From contig CAZNZL010000001.1 of assembly GCA_964577565.1 (NCBI GenBank), positions 270,566 through 334,565 of the forward strand: a DNA stretch of 64,000 nucleotides. Reading direction: 5' to 3'. Every line of letters starts with the position of its first letter. Position 1 is the stretch's first letter. This DNA comes from an uncultured Candidatus Saccharibacteria bacterium. GTDB lineage: Bacteria > Patescibacteriota > Saccharimonadia > Saccharimonadales > JAGQNJ01. The position numbers and the translations under genes are program-made. The notes under the pieces were generated by a model, which saw only the letters and a list, made by a program, of their open reading frames with translations, was not told where the DNA came from and did no database searches. Below are positions 34,851-43,837 of the stretch, one piece after another.

Positions 34851-34894
34851 GTTCCGGGCCCGCCGGAGGTGGGTCGAGACCTCATCCCCAGCCA
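34851..34894 (+). pseudogene. tRNA 3'-half fragment (duplicate of tRNA-Gln 3' end)
   Basis: GTTCCGGGCCC...GGGTCGAGACCTCATCCCCAGCCA parallels the anticodon loop through 3' end of the intact tRNA-Gln. The last 14 nt (34881-34894) are identical to 33913-33926. Confidence 0.6.
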
Positions 34895-34948
34895 TTTCAA
34901 TTCATATCGATTATCGACTTCTAAGGTAAGTGCAACGTTAGAACCTTA

Positions 34949-35662
34949 TCATAGTTGTGCCTCATAATATTTCTTAAGCAATGCTTTTGCTAATTCATTA
35001 TTAGAGTCAATCACATTTAAACCATGCAAATCCCTACATTGTGCAATAGCTATGGGCAGTTCCGTGCAACCTGCTATCACAGCATTGTGGCCTTGTGATT
35101 TTGCAGATTTCAGCACCTTATCTAGTAACAAACCGGCTTCATTAAGCTTATATGCCATAACAAGGCCAATCGCTTTATCAAGCAATGCTTGTTGCTCTTG
35201 GGTAGATTCTTGAAATGGGACAGCATGTTTATTGAGGTAGCCATGATATAACTTTTGTTGTTTCGAAGTGCTTGAAGTGAGCAACAAATAATCATGCCCT
35301 GCTTGCTTTGCCACTCCTGAAACCGTATCAATCAGATTTACAAACTTTGTTTGTGGTTTTGTTGTTATTTTATCTAGATATGTATGTGCAGTATTACATG
35401 CAATACCAATAACATTACAGCCTTGTGCTTCAAGATACCGTACCATATCTACAATTTCCCTTTCGAATGTCCCGTTAAGAGTGCCGATATTATCTACCCC
35501 CTCAATCCCATGGTTTAACAAAAGCAAATCAGGGTACTCGCTGTCCTCTACAGCGTCATACATTTCAGCAGCATTCTTAAACACCTTAGCCAACACATCT
35601 GAGCCAGCTAATGGACCAATGCCAGAAACAATGCCTATTTTGGAAGGTTGTGCAGTTTTCAT
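34949..35662 (-). CDS. aspartate/glutamate racemase-family protein
   Basis: IGIVSGIGPLAG, CNTAH and GCTELP motifs (the two catalytic Cys regions). Confidence 0.85.
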   Translation of the reverse strand: MKTAQPSKIGIVSGIGPLAGSDVLAKVFKNAAEMYDAVEDSEYPDLLLLNHGIEGVDNIGTLNGTFEREIVDMVRYLEAQGCNVIGIACNTAHTYLDKITTKPQTKFVNLIDTVSGVAKQAGHDYLLLTSSTSKQQKLYHGYLNKHAVPFQESTQEQQALLDKAIGLVMAYKLNEAGLLLDKVLKSAKSQGHNAVIAGCTELPIAIAQCRDLHGLNVIDSNNELAKALLKKYYEAQL

Positions 35663-35919
35663 ACGTGCACCTCTTCGAAAATAGTGGGCTCCCTGTTATC
35701 AAGGCTATGCAGAATATTTTTATAGCTTGCCAATTTTGGCACTACTAGTTTACCAAGTACAATTGTTCGTTGAGCCTGTTGTTTACTATAGGTTTCTGGC
35801 AGAATTATTTGGTCTTCGCCTAACTTAGTCTTTTCAACCGGTAACATGTAGTCTAAAAAGACACAGGTGGGATTAAACGACGTAATATCAGAGTCGACGA
35901 AGATAGCCGAGGCGTACAC
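35659..35919 (-). CDS. hypothetical protein (GTG start)
   Basis: 86-aa ORF whose stop overlaps the racemase start. No motif recognised. Confidence 0.3.
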   Translation of the reverse strand: MYASAIFVDSDITSFNPTCVFLDYMLPVEKTKLGEDQIILPETYSKQQAQRTIVLGKLVVPKLASYKNILHSLDNREPTIFEEVHV

Positions 35920-36028
35920 CGCCTACGGATAAAGCACCTTTCTTTAACTTAACTAAGCCATCTTTAACAAGCTCACTCATCTTTTGAGAAGCAAGTTCTG
36001 CGAGCGCAGCTTCAACAATAGTTTTCAT
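35888..36028 (-). CDS. possible 46-aa ORF
   Basis: Own translation: MKTIVEAALAELASQKMSELVKDGLVKLKKGALSVGGVRLGYLRRL*. Preceded by AAGGAA and overlaps the next ORF by 32 nt in another frame. Confidence 0.3.
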   Translation of the reverse strand: MKTIVEAALAELASQKMSELVKDGLVKLKKGALSVGGVRLGYLRRL

Positions 36029-36050
36029 CTTAATTCCTTAACAATTAATA

Positions 36051-36072
36051 AGCCCCTAAAGGTATAGGGGCT
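36051..36072 (-). terminator. possible intrinsic terminator hairpin
   Basis: AGCCCCTA-(6 nt)-TAGGGGCT, an 8-bp stem, followed on the minus strand by the U-rich TATTAATTGTT. Confidence 0.35.
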
Positions 36073-36457
36073 GTTAAGGCTTATATTATTTGTTACAACT
36101 TCAAGAACAGCCCCCGATAATACGGTAGCTGCGTCGACGGATTTCGACTGGTACGAAGTTATATTTCTTCATAATTTAATATGATTACACAATATTAATT
36201 AATTTGCAAATGTTCTAGCTTTAAATGATCAGAATTAAGGATCTAATCTGGTATAGAATACTCAATCACAATGTTGTGCTAAGCTTAAACTATGAAAAAA
36301 GCAATGCCATATTTCGGGCTGACACTTTCCTTGGTACTCGTTCTCATAGCTTGAAAACCAATCAGTTTTATCTCGTCTGGATTGGATTTGCATTTTATCT
36401 TTAACTAAAATTCCGCAAGATTCAAAAAAGTAGCCATGTACCCTACGTTAGCGCTTT

Positions 36458-36847
36458 TTACGTAGGTTTATTAATCTCAACCGCTTCGGCGATTAGCTCT
36501 TTGAGGGCAGTTTCATTTACGTTATCATCCTCACGAAACTCAATAGCCCGGTCTTTAGCGCTTTTCAAGCGGGCATTAAAAAGCTTGTTTGGGTCAGATA
36601 ACAACGTACCCTTGAAGAAGATTAGTTTAATGTTATCTTTCCAGGTCTCGGCAATACAAATTATACCGTTATGACTCCATACCGGAAGGCCCTCTGGCCG
36701 AGATGCCGTCTTCCATTTTACCTCTTCTATTATTTCAGGGTCAGCTTGCTTGATCACGGTGCGTAAACTCGATAATATCTTAGCCTTCCAGCCGCCGTAG
36801 CCCTTAATAATTTCATCGATTTGCTGAGAAGCTGTTTTTTCATTCAT
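36458..36847 (-). CDS. DUF1801 (YdhG-like) domain protein
   Basis: 129 aa. The pattern around EVKW...P.W..NG resembles YdhG/DUF1801. Confidence 0.6.
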   Translation of the reverse strand: MNEKTASQQIDEIIKGYGGWKAKILSSLRTVIKQADPEIIEEVKWKTASRPEGLPVWSHNGIICIAETWKDNIKLIFFKGTLLSDPNKLFNARLKSAKDRAIEFREDDNVNETALKELIAEAVEINKPT

Positions 36848-36910
36848 GACAATTATCCTTTTTAAGCGTTTGAGTGGTATGCAGGTTGTTGTACGTTTAT
36901 GACCATGACC

Positions 36911-37336
36911 TTAAGACGCAAAAGCCTTTTTAGAATCTTGATATGATTTTTTAATAATCTTTTCAAGCACGTCTAAATTAACATCAGCTAATTTATTAAT
37001 ATACAAACAGCCCTTACTGGTTTTATGCTTACCTAAATTTTGCAATAAGTCTGTGAAGTCAGTGAAGCCGGTCATCACATACAGCGTTAGGTTCTGCTTG
37101 CGCGGCGAGAAGGCAACCAGCGGCCAATCGCCCTCTTGCCTGCTGCGCTCTGACTTATAATGATACTGACCAAAACCAACCATACTACTACCCCACATTT
37201 TAGGCGCTTCTTTAGTAGCCCTTTTGTACATTTCTAGTAGTGTGAAGCTATCTTTTCGCTTTGTATCATCTTCAACACTATTGATAAAATCTTCTGCACT
37301 GGCATCGTTTACTCTAGTTTTTATCGCATTACCCAT
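36911..37336 (-). CDS. DUF1801 domain protein
   Basis: 141 aa. VGFGQYHYKSERSRQEGDWPLVAFSPRKQNLTLY is typical of DUF1801. Confidence 0.65.
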   Translation of the reverse strand: MGNAIKTRVNDASAEDFINSVEDDTKRKDSFTLLEMYKRATKEAPKMWGSSMVGFGQYHYKSERSRQEGDWPLVAFSPRKQNLTLYVMTGFTDFTDLLQNLGKHKTSKGCLYINKLADVNLDVLEKIIKKSYQDSKKAFAS

Positions 37337-37386
37337 ACACTTATTCTACACCATTAGCCCCTTCAGTACTTCAGTACCAGGAAGAG

Positions 37387-37737
37387 TCAGTCCCGCAAGA
37401 TTTTGTCCAGCGGCTTGCCTTTGGCCAGCTCATCAATCAGCTTGTCAAGATAACGAATCTCTTGCATGAGAGGTTCTTTAATATCTTCTACCCGTATACC
37501 ACAAATAATGCCTGTAATTTGCTTTCGAGCAGGATTTAAGTGTGGTGCCTTAGCAAAAAAAGCTTCAAGGTTTGTTTGCTGTTTAAGTAACGCCTGCAGA
37601 TCATCATGAGAATAGCCTGTAAGCCAAGCAATAATCTTGTCAACCTCTGCTTTTGTGCGGCCTTTTTTCTGCACTTTTTGTAAGTAAAGGGGGTAGATAG
37701 TGGCGAACGGCATGGTATATAGACGATGTTGTTTCAT
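37387..37737 (-). CDS. DUF2200-family protein
   Basis: MKQHRLYTMPFATIYPLYLQKVQKKGRTKAEVDKIIAWLTGY matches my memory of the DUF2200 N-terminus. Confidence 0.65.
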   Translation of the reverse strand: MKQHRLYTMPFATIYPLYLQKVQKKGRTKAEVDKIIAWLTGYSHDDLQALLKQQTNLEAFFAKAPHLNPARKQITGIICGIRVEDIKEPLMQEIRYLDKLIDELAKGKPLDKILRD

Positions 37738-37739
37738 AA

Positions 37740-38018
37740 TTATTCACTTACATGATTTGTAAACCAACTCCGGAATAGTTGACGCCCTATTTTAATTTTT
37801 TCGTGCAAAACACCTGGGGTAATCATTCTGTCAACCGCAAGTATAAACCGCTCTAGTTTTGATCCGGCTGCGTGATCATAAACCGGTGATGGGTATTCGT
37901 CATCTTTTTCTCTGTAAATTTGATCCCCCTCATCCTCAAACGGCATAGCCCCAATTGGTTTTATTTTTGATTGGGCGTCTTTATGTATTTGAGTTGGCTG
38001 TTCCAGTGTCTCTCCCAT
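37740..38018 (-). CDS. hypothetical protein
   Basis: 92-aa ORF, tightly packed with its neighbours. Confidence 0.45.
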   Translation of the reverse strand: MGETLEQPTQIHKDAQSKIKPIGAMPFEDEGDQIYREKDDEYPSPVYDHAAGSKLERFILAVDRMITPGVLHEKIKIGRQLFRSWFTNHVSE

Positions 38019-38162
38019 ATAACAATAGTATATCTTGATATTTACAGGAGTAAAATCTATTGCCGGAATTCAGCTTAGTTCATATATAAGTATGCTAATA
38101 TCGTTCCGCCGGACAACGGATTGTACTGTTGTTTATTTTATAAAAGCTAAATTGAGGAGCCA

Positions 38163-38411
38163 CTATTTATTATAGTTAGCAACTCTATCTGCTCGCTCTT
38201 TAGCCTTGTTCATAATTTTGTTTAGCTCGTGAATGACCTGGGTTTTTCGGGTTTTTGCCCATTCAAATTCATACGATAAAATCAACAAGCCCAACAAACT
38301 CATTAATAAGCCAGGGCCAGGCAGAGGAATTAAGATAATACCTACGACAATGAGCGGAAAGCCTGCCGCTCCTACAATAACTCTTTTGGCAATAGCTCGT
38401 CTACGCTTCAT
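38163..38411 (-). CDS. PGPGW-motif small membrane protein
   Basis: IPLPGPGLLMSLLGLLILSYEFEWAK contains the PGPG(W/L) motif in a two-TM protein. Confidence 0.65.
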   Translation of the reverse strand: MKRRRAIAKRVIVGAAGFPLIVVGIILIPLPGPGLLMSLLGLLILSYEFEWAKTRKTQVIHELNKIMNKAKERADRVANYNK

Positions 38412-38707
38412 GGTGCGCCTTCTGGTCTCGGTATGTCCCCGCTTTCATCTGCTGCTTGACCAGGTAAATCAACCCCAGCAGCCCCTTCAATACCCTTTTG
38501 ATAATGCTCTCCCGGATCAATATTGGTATCTGCCACTTGATGGGTTTCATCAATCCGATCTTGGGCGCCACTGGGCGGCGAAAACGGCGTGCCGTAATCT
38601 TGTGGCAATTTGGTGCCAAGATTCGACTCATGCTGTTCATCCCGTTCATCATTGTGCTGGTCGTTGACATTTTGCTGGTCATCAACTTGATTGTTATCCG
38701 TGTCCAT
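38408..38707 (-). CDS. acidic low-complexity hypothetical protein (99 aa)
   Basis: Start at 38707 follows AAGGAG. The product is rich in D/E/Q/N. Several overlapping alternative frames exist. Confidence 0.4.
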   Translation of the reverse strand: MDTDNNQVDDQQNVNDQHNDERDEQHESNLGTKLPQDYGTPFSPPSGAQDRIDETHQVADTNIDPGEHYQKGIEGAAGVDLPGQAADESGDIPRPEGAP

Positions 38708-38776
38708 AACAAACTCCTTATACAACCTTACTGTAGAGTTCAAACATGCAGATTTCAGTGAGATAAATTACAACAA

Positions 38777-39571
38777 CTATTCAGATTTTTGACCGGTTAA
38801 CAATGCAGCTACCTCAGCAGGAGAAGCCGGGAAGGCCAGCGCAAATAAAACATGATTAACGGTGTCGTCGTAAAAATCAAATGCTCCCTGAATATTGTCC
38901 ATAATTGCCATGGCAACTTTAAGGTCAAGTGAGCGCTGTACCTGGTCTGCAAATAATTCGGGTTTAACAATTTCTGCAACACTTTGTTGAAGTGCTAATG
39001 CATCTGTAAAGTGCTGCAAACTAATCCCAACTGCATAGCGCAAACTATTTAACCGCAAAATTTCGGAATCGCCCATTCTGGCTATTGAACTAGTTATATC
39101 AGCTTCATTTTCCGGATCAATTTGTTCGGCTATCTGAAATAACGCTTCCTTATCATGAAGTATTTCTTGAATATCAAATCGGCGCAAATCATTATCGTTA
39201 GATTGTATAGGGAATGTTTTCCATCCAATCAGCCCTCGGGCTACACCTGCTCCGATCAGCAACTTGGCGATATCGCCGCTTGATGTATGACTACGCTCGG
39301 CTAGATCTTCTGCTGCGCTCAGAATAGATTCAGGCTCAAGGGTAACGACAAAACCATTTACTCTGCTGGTGTAACTTATGGTAGGTATAATAGCACCTTT
39401 TTCTCTCGCTGAGTTTTCTTCAAAATTAGGATGTATGAATCCATAAAATCGCTCGCGCTCATCATCGTCATCGAAATAAAAACGACCTAAAGTACCCTTC
39501 ATCGAGTCGAAGTAACGGAGCAATTGGTGCTGAATAAATTCGGCTTCTGGAGAACCACTTTCAACAGACAT
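38777..39571 (-). CDS. hypothetical protein
   Basis: 264-aa ORF with no recognised motif. Confidence 0.5.
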   Translation of the reverse strand: MSVESGSPEAEFIQHQLLRYFDSMKGTLGRFYFDDDDERERFYGFIHPNFEENSAREKGAIIPTISYTSRVNGFVVTLEPESILSAAEDLAERSHTSSGDIAKLLIGAGVARGLIGWKTFPIQSNDNDLRRFDIQEILHDKEALFQIAEQIDPENEADITSSIARMGDSEILRLNSLRYAVGISLQHFTDALALQQSVAEIVKPELFADQVQRSLDLKVAMAIMDNIQGAFDFYDDTVNHVLFALAFPASPAEVAALLTGQKSE

Positions 39572-39600
39572 TACTATATTATATAATAGTTGTATGTTTA

Positions 39601-40248
39601 TTACAATGTTTTGGAGTTATTGTGGCGCCAATTGGCGATTTCGGCGTGATTGCCGCTTAAAAGCACCGGTGGAACCTTCATGCCTTTGTAATCTTCTGGC
39701 CGGGTATATTGAGGATACTCAAGCGTCTTACCGTCACTAAAACTTTCTATGGCTGCCGACGTTTCTCCGCCCAGTACCCCGGGTAATAATCGTACAACAC
39801 TATCAATCAACACCATTGCCGGAAGTTCACCACCTGTTAAAACATAATCACCAATTGATAGCTGCCGGTCAACTAAAGCCGTAATTCGCTCATCATAGCC
39901 TTCATAGCGAGCGCAAATAATAATCATACCGCGTTCAGATTCTGCAATTTCTTGTACAATAGGTTGCGCTAAACGCTCTCCGCGCGGGGTCATCAAATAA
40001 ACATACGCATTCGTATCAACCTGCTTAGCCGCTTCAACTGCAGCAAAGAGCGGCTCAGGCCGCAGCAACATACCGTCACCACCGCCATACGGTACATCAT
40101 CAACCTGCTTTCGCGGCCCCAGCCCAAAGTCACGTAAATTTACATGATGAAACGATACTATTTTTTTGTCTTGGGCTTTATACAGCATGCTGGTATTCAG
40201 CACGCCGTCAAACATCTCCGGGAAAAGTGAGATGATTTGAATCTTCAT
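39601..40248 (-). CDS. trmD: tRNA (guanine37-N1)-methyltransferase
   Basis: IISLFPEMF, YGGGDGM and GRYEGYDER-like (ARYEGYDERI) motifs. Confidence 0.93.
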   Translation of the reverse strand: MKIQIISLFPEMFDGVLNTSMLYKAQDKKIVSFHHVNLRDFGLGPRKQVDDVPYGGGDGMLLRPEPLFAAVEAAKQVDTNAYVYLMTPRGERLAQPIVQEIAESERGMIIICARYEGYDERITALVDRQLSIGDYVLTGGELPAMVLIDSVVRLLPGVLGGETSAAIESFSDGKTLEYPQYTRPEDYKGMKVPPVLLSGNHAEIANWRHNNSKTL

Positions 40249-40257
40249 AGTCTTGTC

Positions 40258-40665
40258 TTAAATGTCGAGATCGTCAAGCTCTTCAAGCTCGCGACGGGTC
40301 TTTTCTGCACGTGAACTTTCTTCCGTTGACTCATCTGCTGCATCGTCAGTGTCGTCAGAAGTTGACGTGTCATCTGCCGGCTCGGCAGCTGTGTTGTCAT
40401 CAGACGTTTGAGGAGCTTCACCATTATCTACAATTTTGAGGTTATAGCGCGCATCATTTTTTGTTCCGAGTGCTCGCAAAAGCGTACGAAGCGCTTGTGC
40501 TCCGGCACCACGTTTACCAATAACACGACCAAGATCTTGTGGGTCAACCGTAAGTTCTAATAAAACACCACGCTCATCAATTTTACGGGTAACCTGAACG
40601 GCGTCGGGATTGCTAACGACAGATTTTACAATAAATTCTACGAATTGCTGGTCAATAGTACTCAT
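40258..40665 (-). CDS. KH-domain RNA-binding protein (KhpA/YlqC-like) with acidic tail
   Basis: LGRVIGKRGAGAQALRTLL contains the GxxG KH motif. Located in the conserved position between rpsP and trmD. Confidence 0.8.
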   Translation of the reverse strand: MSTIDQQFVEFIVKSVVSNPDAVQVTRKIDERGVLLELTVDPQDLGRVIGKRGAGAQALRTLLRALGTKNDARYNLKIVDNGEAPQTSDDNTAAEPADDTSTSDDTDDAADESTEESSRAEKTRRELEELDDLDI

Positions 40666-40723
40666 TTCAACGATTCCTTCCTTTTCTGACTTACCGTTTT
40701 ATTATAGCAAAGACGGCGAGTGG

Positions 40724-41158
40724 CTATTCTTTGACATCTTCAGCCGGCTGTTCGGCTGGTTCTTCTGCTGGTTTTTCTGCAGACGCTTCAGCTTCAGCCT
40801 CGGCAGGTGCCTCGCCTTGAGGAGCTTCTTGAGGAGTCTCTTCTTTGGGCTGGTTTTTACGTAGTTTTTCGGGGTTTCGCGTTACACGGCTTTGTTCGGT
40901 TGGCTCATGTACCCATGCTGGCATGGCGACACCTTCTTTTTTTAACAGTGAAATCACCCGATCTGATGGTTGGGCGCCGTTTTTAAGATAAAATTCTGCC
41001 TGGTCTTTTTTTATGACCAAATCTTTGGTGTGCGGATTGTAATGCCCAAGGCGCGCCACTACACGGCCGCTCGTAGGTGTTAAACGAGAATCTTGAACAA
41101 CCATACGATATTGCGCATGGCCCTTGCGTCCTGTTCGTTGTAAACGAATAGCTAACAT
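40724..41158 (-). CDS. rpsP: 30S ribosomal protein S16 with E/A/P-rich C-terminal extension
   Basis: MLAIRLQRTGRKGHAQYRMVVQDSR is a typical S16 N-terminus. Confidence 0.93.
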   Translation of the reverse strand: MLAIRLQRTGRKGHAQYRMVVQDSRLTPTSGRVVARLGHYNPHTKDLVIKKDQAEFYLKNGAQPSDRVISLLKKEGVAMPAWVHEPTEQSRVTRNPEKLRKNQPKEETPQEAPQGEAPAEAEAEASAEKPAEEPAEQPAEDVKE

Positions 41159-41253
41159 AAACTTTTGATTGGCTCTCTTTCTTCCTATGTAGAATTATTT
41201 AGTTAAGCGTCCGATATATTTTACAGATAACCGCCTCTGTTGTCAACCAGTAC

Positions 41254-41949
41254 CTATGTATAAAACTTTAAAGCGTTTTGGGCGGCTTGCTGTTGGGCGG
41301 CTTGTTTACTTGGCCCAATACCCTCACCCCGTAAGTTTTCGCCCACAAAAACACCTACCGTAAAGGTTTTGTCGTGATCAGGACCTTCTTCACTTAATAC
41401 TTTATATACCGGTGTAAAACCCTCTTTACTTTGAGCTCTTTCTTGTAAGTGTGATTTTGGATCCATCCACGACCCGCTGGTAAGAATCTCTTCAAATGTA
41501 ATCAGCAGCGTTTTTTCTATAAAGTTTTTAGCGACATCATAGCCTTGGTCGAGATACAGCGCGCCAATGACTGCCTCGTAACAGTTGGCCAAAATTTGTG
41601 CACGCGCTCGTTCGGTGCCGCGTCGTTCACCCCGGCTCAATCGCAGCAACGGTTCAAACTCATTGTTCTTTGCTGCATCACTAATGCTTTCGGTTCGCAC
41701 CAACGCACTGCGCCAGTTCGTTAAAATGCCTTCTGGTTCATCAAAATTGGCGTACAAATACTCGGTTACAACCAATTCAAGCACGGCATCGCCCAAAAAC
41801 TCTAAGCGTTCATTATGCTCTTTGGTGGTTTTGCGATGTTCGTTCACATACGACCGGTGTGTAAACGCCGTCACAAGTAGTTCGATATTGTTAAATGTTA
41901 CACCTAATTTATTTTTGGCAAATTCTTTAAATTTAGTTGTGTCTTGCAT
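41254..41949 (-). CDS. rnc: ribonuclease III
   Basis: RNase III signature ERLEFLGDAVL plus a C-terminal dsRBD. Confidence 0.93.
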   Translation of the reverse strand: MQDTTKFKEFAKNKLGVTFNNIELLVTAFTHRSYVNEHRKTTKEHNERLEFLGDAVLELVVTEYLYANFDEPEGILTNWRSALVRTESISDAAKNNEFEPLLRLSRGERRGTERARAQILANCYEAVIGALYLDQGYDVAKNFIEKTLLITFEEILTSGSWMDPKSHLQERAQSKEGFTPVYKVLSEEGPDHDKTFTVGVFVGENLRGEGIGPSKQAAQQQAAQNALKFYT

Positions 41950-41952
41950 TCT

Positions 41953-42444
41953 TTAGGCAGCCTTACGAATTCGGTTTAGTCCAAGTAATATAATCTTTTC
42001 AATATCTTCATACTCTATTTTATCGAGAGCCTCTTGGGCTGAAAACCACTTTATACCATTCATCCAATCTTCTGGCTTTAACGCATCGGTATCACCTTGC
42101 GCTTCAACTAAAAAGATATCAGTCGTCATTAACACCAAGCTGTGCTGGCGACGATACCGAAAATTAATTTTGCCAAGCCAGTTAAGTACGCGTAGCTTTT
42201 GTAGTCCCGTTTCTTCTTTGATTTCTCGCGCGGCAGTATCTTTTGCTGCTTCGCCCTCTTCAATATGGCCCTTTGGTATTGTCCAGCGATCTTTGGCATC
42301 TTGAATAAGCAGTATCTCAACATCTTTGGCCTTTTTACGATACACAATACCGCCAGCCGTCGGTTCACGTAAAACCTCTTTAATCACTGGCTTGCGTCGT
42401 GTTACAAATTTCTTAAAACCCTGAATTGGTTTAGGTCGTTTCAT
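41953..42444 (-). CDS. NUDIX hydrolase
   Basis: Nudix box GHIEEGEAAKDTAAREIKEETG. Confidence 0.85.
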   Translation of the reverse strand: MKRPKPIQGFKKFVTRRKPVIKEVLREPTAGGIVYRKKAKDVEILLIQDAKDRWTIPKGHIEEGEAAKDTAAREIKEETGLQKLRVLNWLGKINFRYRRQHSLVLMTTDIFLVEAQGDTDALKPEDWMNGIKWFSAQEALDKIEYEDIEKIILLGLNRIRKAA

Positions 42445-42446
42445 GA

Positions 42447-42914
42447 TTATTTCTCCTTGGGGGTTGGTGGCGCCGGCAGTTTACCCTCTTCTTTTTGCTT
42501 GATAAGCGTACCGAGTACGCCGTTTACAAACTTTGAAGAGTTTTCGCCGCCAAAAGATTTGGCAAGTTCTACTGCCTCGTTGATGGCTACTTTTGATGGC
42601 ACAGCGGCTTCTGTAAACAATAGTTCGTAACCACCAATGCGCAATATAATATGGTCCATCCGTGCAATTTGATCAAGTGGCCAATCGGGTGCGATTGGCT
42701 GCAAGACGTCGTCAAGATATTTCTCTTGCTGGTCTACGCCAATTACTAACGCACGAATAAATTCAACATCATCAACCGTCTTGCTGTACCGCTCGATATT
42801 GCGTTCTAAAACGACATCGAGTTGAAGGGTTTTGTCGTTGCAGTCACGGCGAAAATCCTGTTCGTACAGGGTTTGAAGTGCAATGATTCGCCCTAGGTGA
42901 CGATTCGAAGCCAT
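42447..42914 (-). CDS. nusB: transcription antitermination factor NusB
   Basis: MASNRHLGRIIALQTLYEQDF... The ORF-track N-terminal extension to 43043 is unlikely to be real. Confidence 0.85.
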   Translation of the reverse strand: MASNRHLGRIIALQTLYEQDFRRDCNDKTLQLDVVLERNIERYSKTVDDVEFIRALVIGVDQQEKYLDDVLQPIAPDWPLDQIARMDHIILRIGGYELLFTEAAVPSKVAINEAVELAKSFGGENSSKFVNGVLGTLIKQKEEGKLPAPPTPKEK

Positions 42915-43152
42915 AACTACGCACCACCCTTCATAAAATTGAACAAAGTCCAATTTTTTGTAGTGTTCTTGGCACATACCACAATTTTTTGCTGCGATAC
43001 TCCCTCTTCGTACCAGACGTACGATTTGGTCTGATTCTCGCAAATAAATTGCGTTCTGTGCTCAAGTGCGTGAGTCATGGAAGCCATATTGTTAAATATC
43101 CTCTTTTTGAACATTGGCAGTATTTCTAGTATACCGCGTTTTGCGATCGCCT

Positions 43153-43308
43153 TCAGGCGGTTTTGGCAGCTTTTTTGCCAGACTCCCGGCGGGTTGTGTA
43201 AGCCTTGACCGGAGATTTCGCGTTAACAGCACGTGCAAGCTTCACAACCAAATGACTGCGTCGATTACCAGTGCGTCGGGGCGTTGTTCGTTTTTTGGGT
43301 TTTCCCAT
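43153..43308 (-). CDS. rpmF: 50S ribosomal protein L32
   Basis: Own translation: MGKPKKRTTPRRTGNRRSHLVVKLARAVNAKSPVKAYTTRRESGKKAAKTA*. Below the ORF-track cutoff. Confidence 0.85.
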   Translation of the reverse strand: MGKPKKRTTPRRTGNRRSHLVVKLARAVNAKSPVKAYTTRRESGKKAAKTA

Positions 43309-43400
43309 AAAAAGCGCTCTTCTCCTTGATATTTGTTAGTAGATCGCATCTATTATAGCAAAAAATCATCATTTTCTCAAGTATTTGTTATTATAAGTAG

Positions 43401-43837
43401 ATGAGTCAGCCTGTTGTGCTTGTGGGTTGCGAGGCATACATTACTCGTAACGATAAACTTTTACTCGGAAAAAGAGGGAATGTTTACGGTAAGGGTACAT
43501 GGGCACTCCCGGGGGGCATCTTGAATTCTTAGAACGTGCCGATGAATGCTTAGCACGAGAACTCCTTGAAGAAATGAATATAGTCGTACCGACACATAAT
43601 ATGAAACTTTTAGCCTTAACTGATGACCTGCAAGCAAAAAATAATCTGCACTACATCCATATTACTTTTGAAGTTGATATAAAAGACGCCAAACCTATAG
43701 TCAACGAGCCTGATGCATGTGATGAGTGGCGCTGGTTTGATTTAGATAAAATCCCAAGCAATATTTTTCCGCCGCATAAAAAAGTTTTTAAAACTATTGC
43801 TAGTAAAGTTACCTATAAAGTCAAAGTTCAGTTTTAG
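43401..43837 (+). pseudogene. NUDIX hydrolase interrupted by a frameshift in a G6 run
   Basis: Frame 1 (ATG 43401) reads ...GKGTWALPGG and then stops at 43530. The Nudix box continues in the next frame (GGHLEFLERADECLARELLEEMN, ORF 43499..43837). One extra G in the run 43511-43516 restores WALPGGHLEF. Confidence 0.7.

Noticed and set aside
42915-43114. N-terminal extension of nusB (ORF track to 43043) and the 65-aa ORF 42917..43114 between rpmF and nusB.
   Set aside because: The NusB homology starts at MASNRHLGR (42914). The upstream residues match no NusB feature, and the 65-aa frame has no recognisable motif or RBS. They might hide a small real gene, but I cannot support one.
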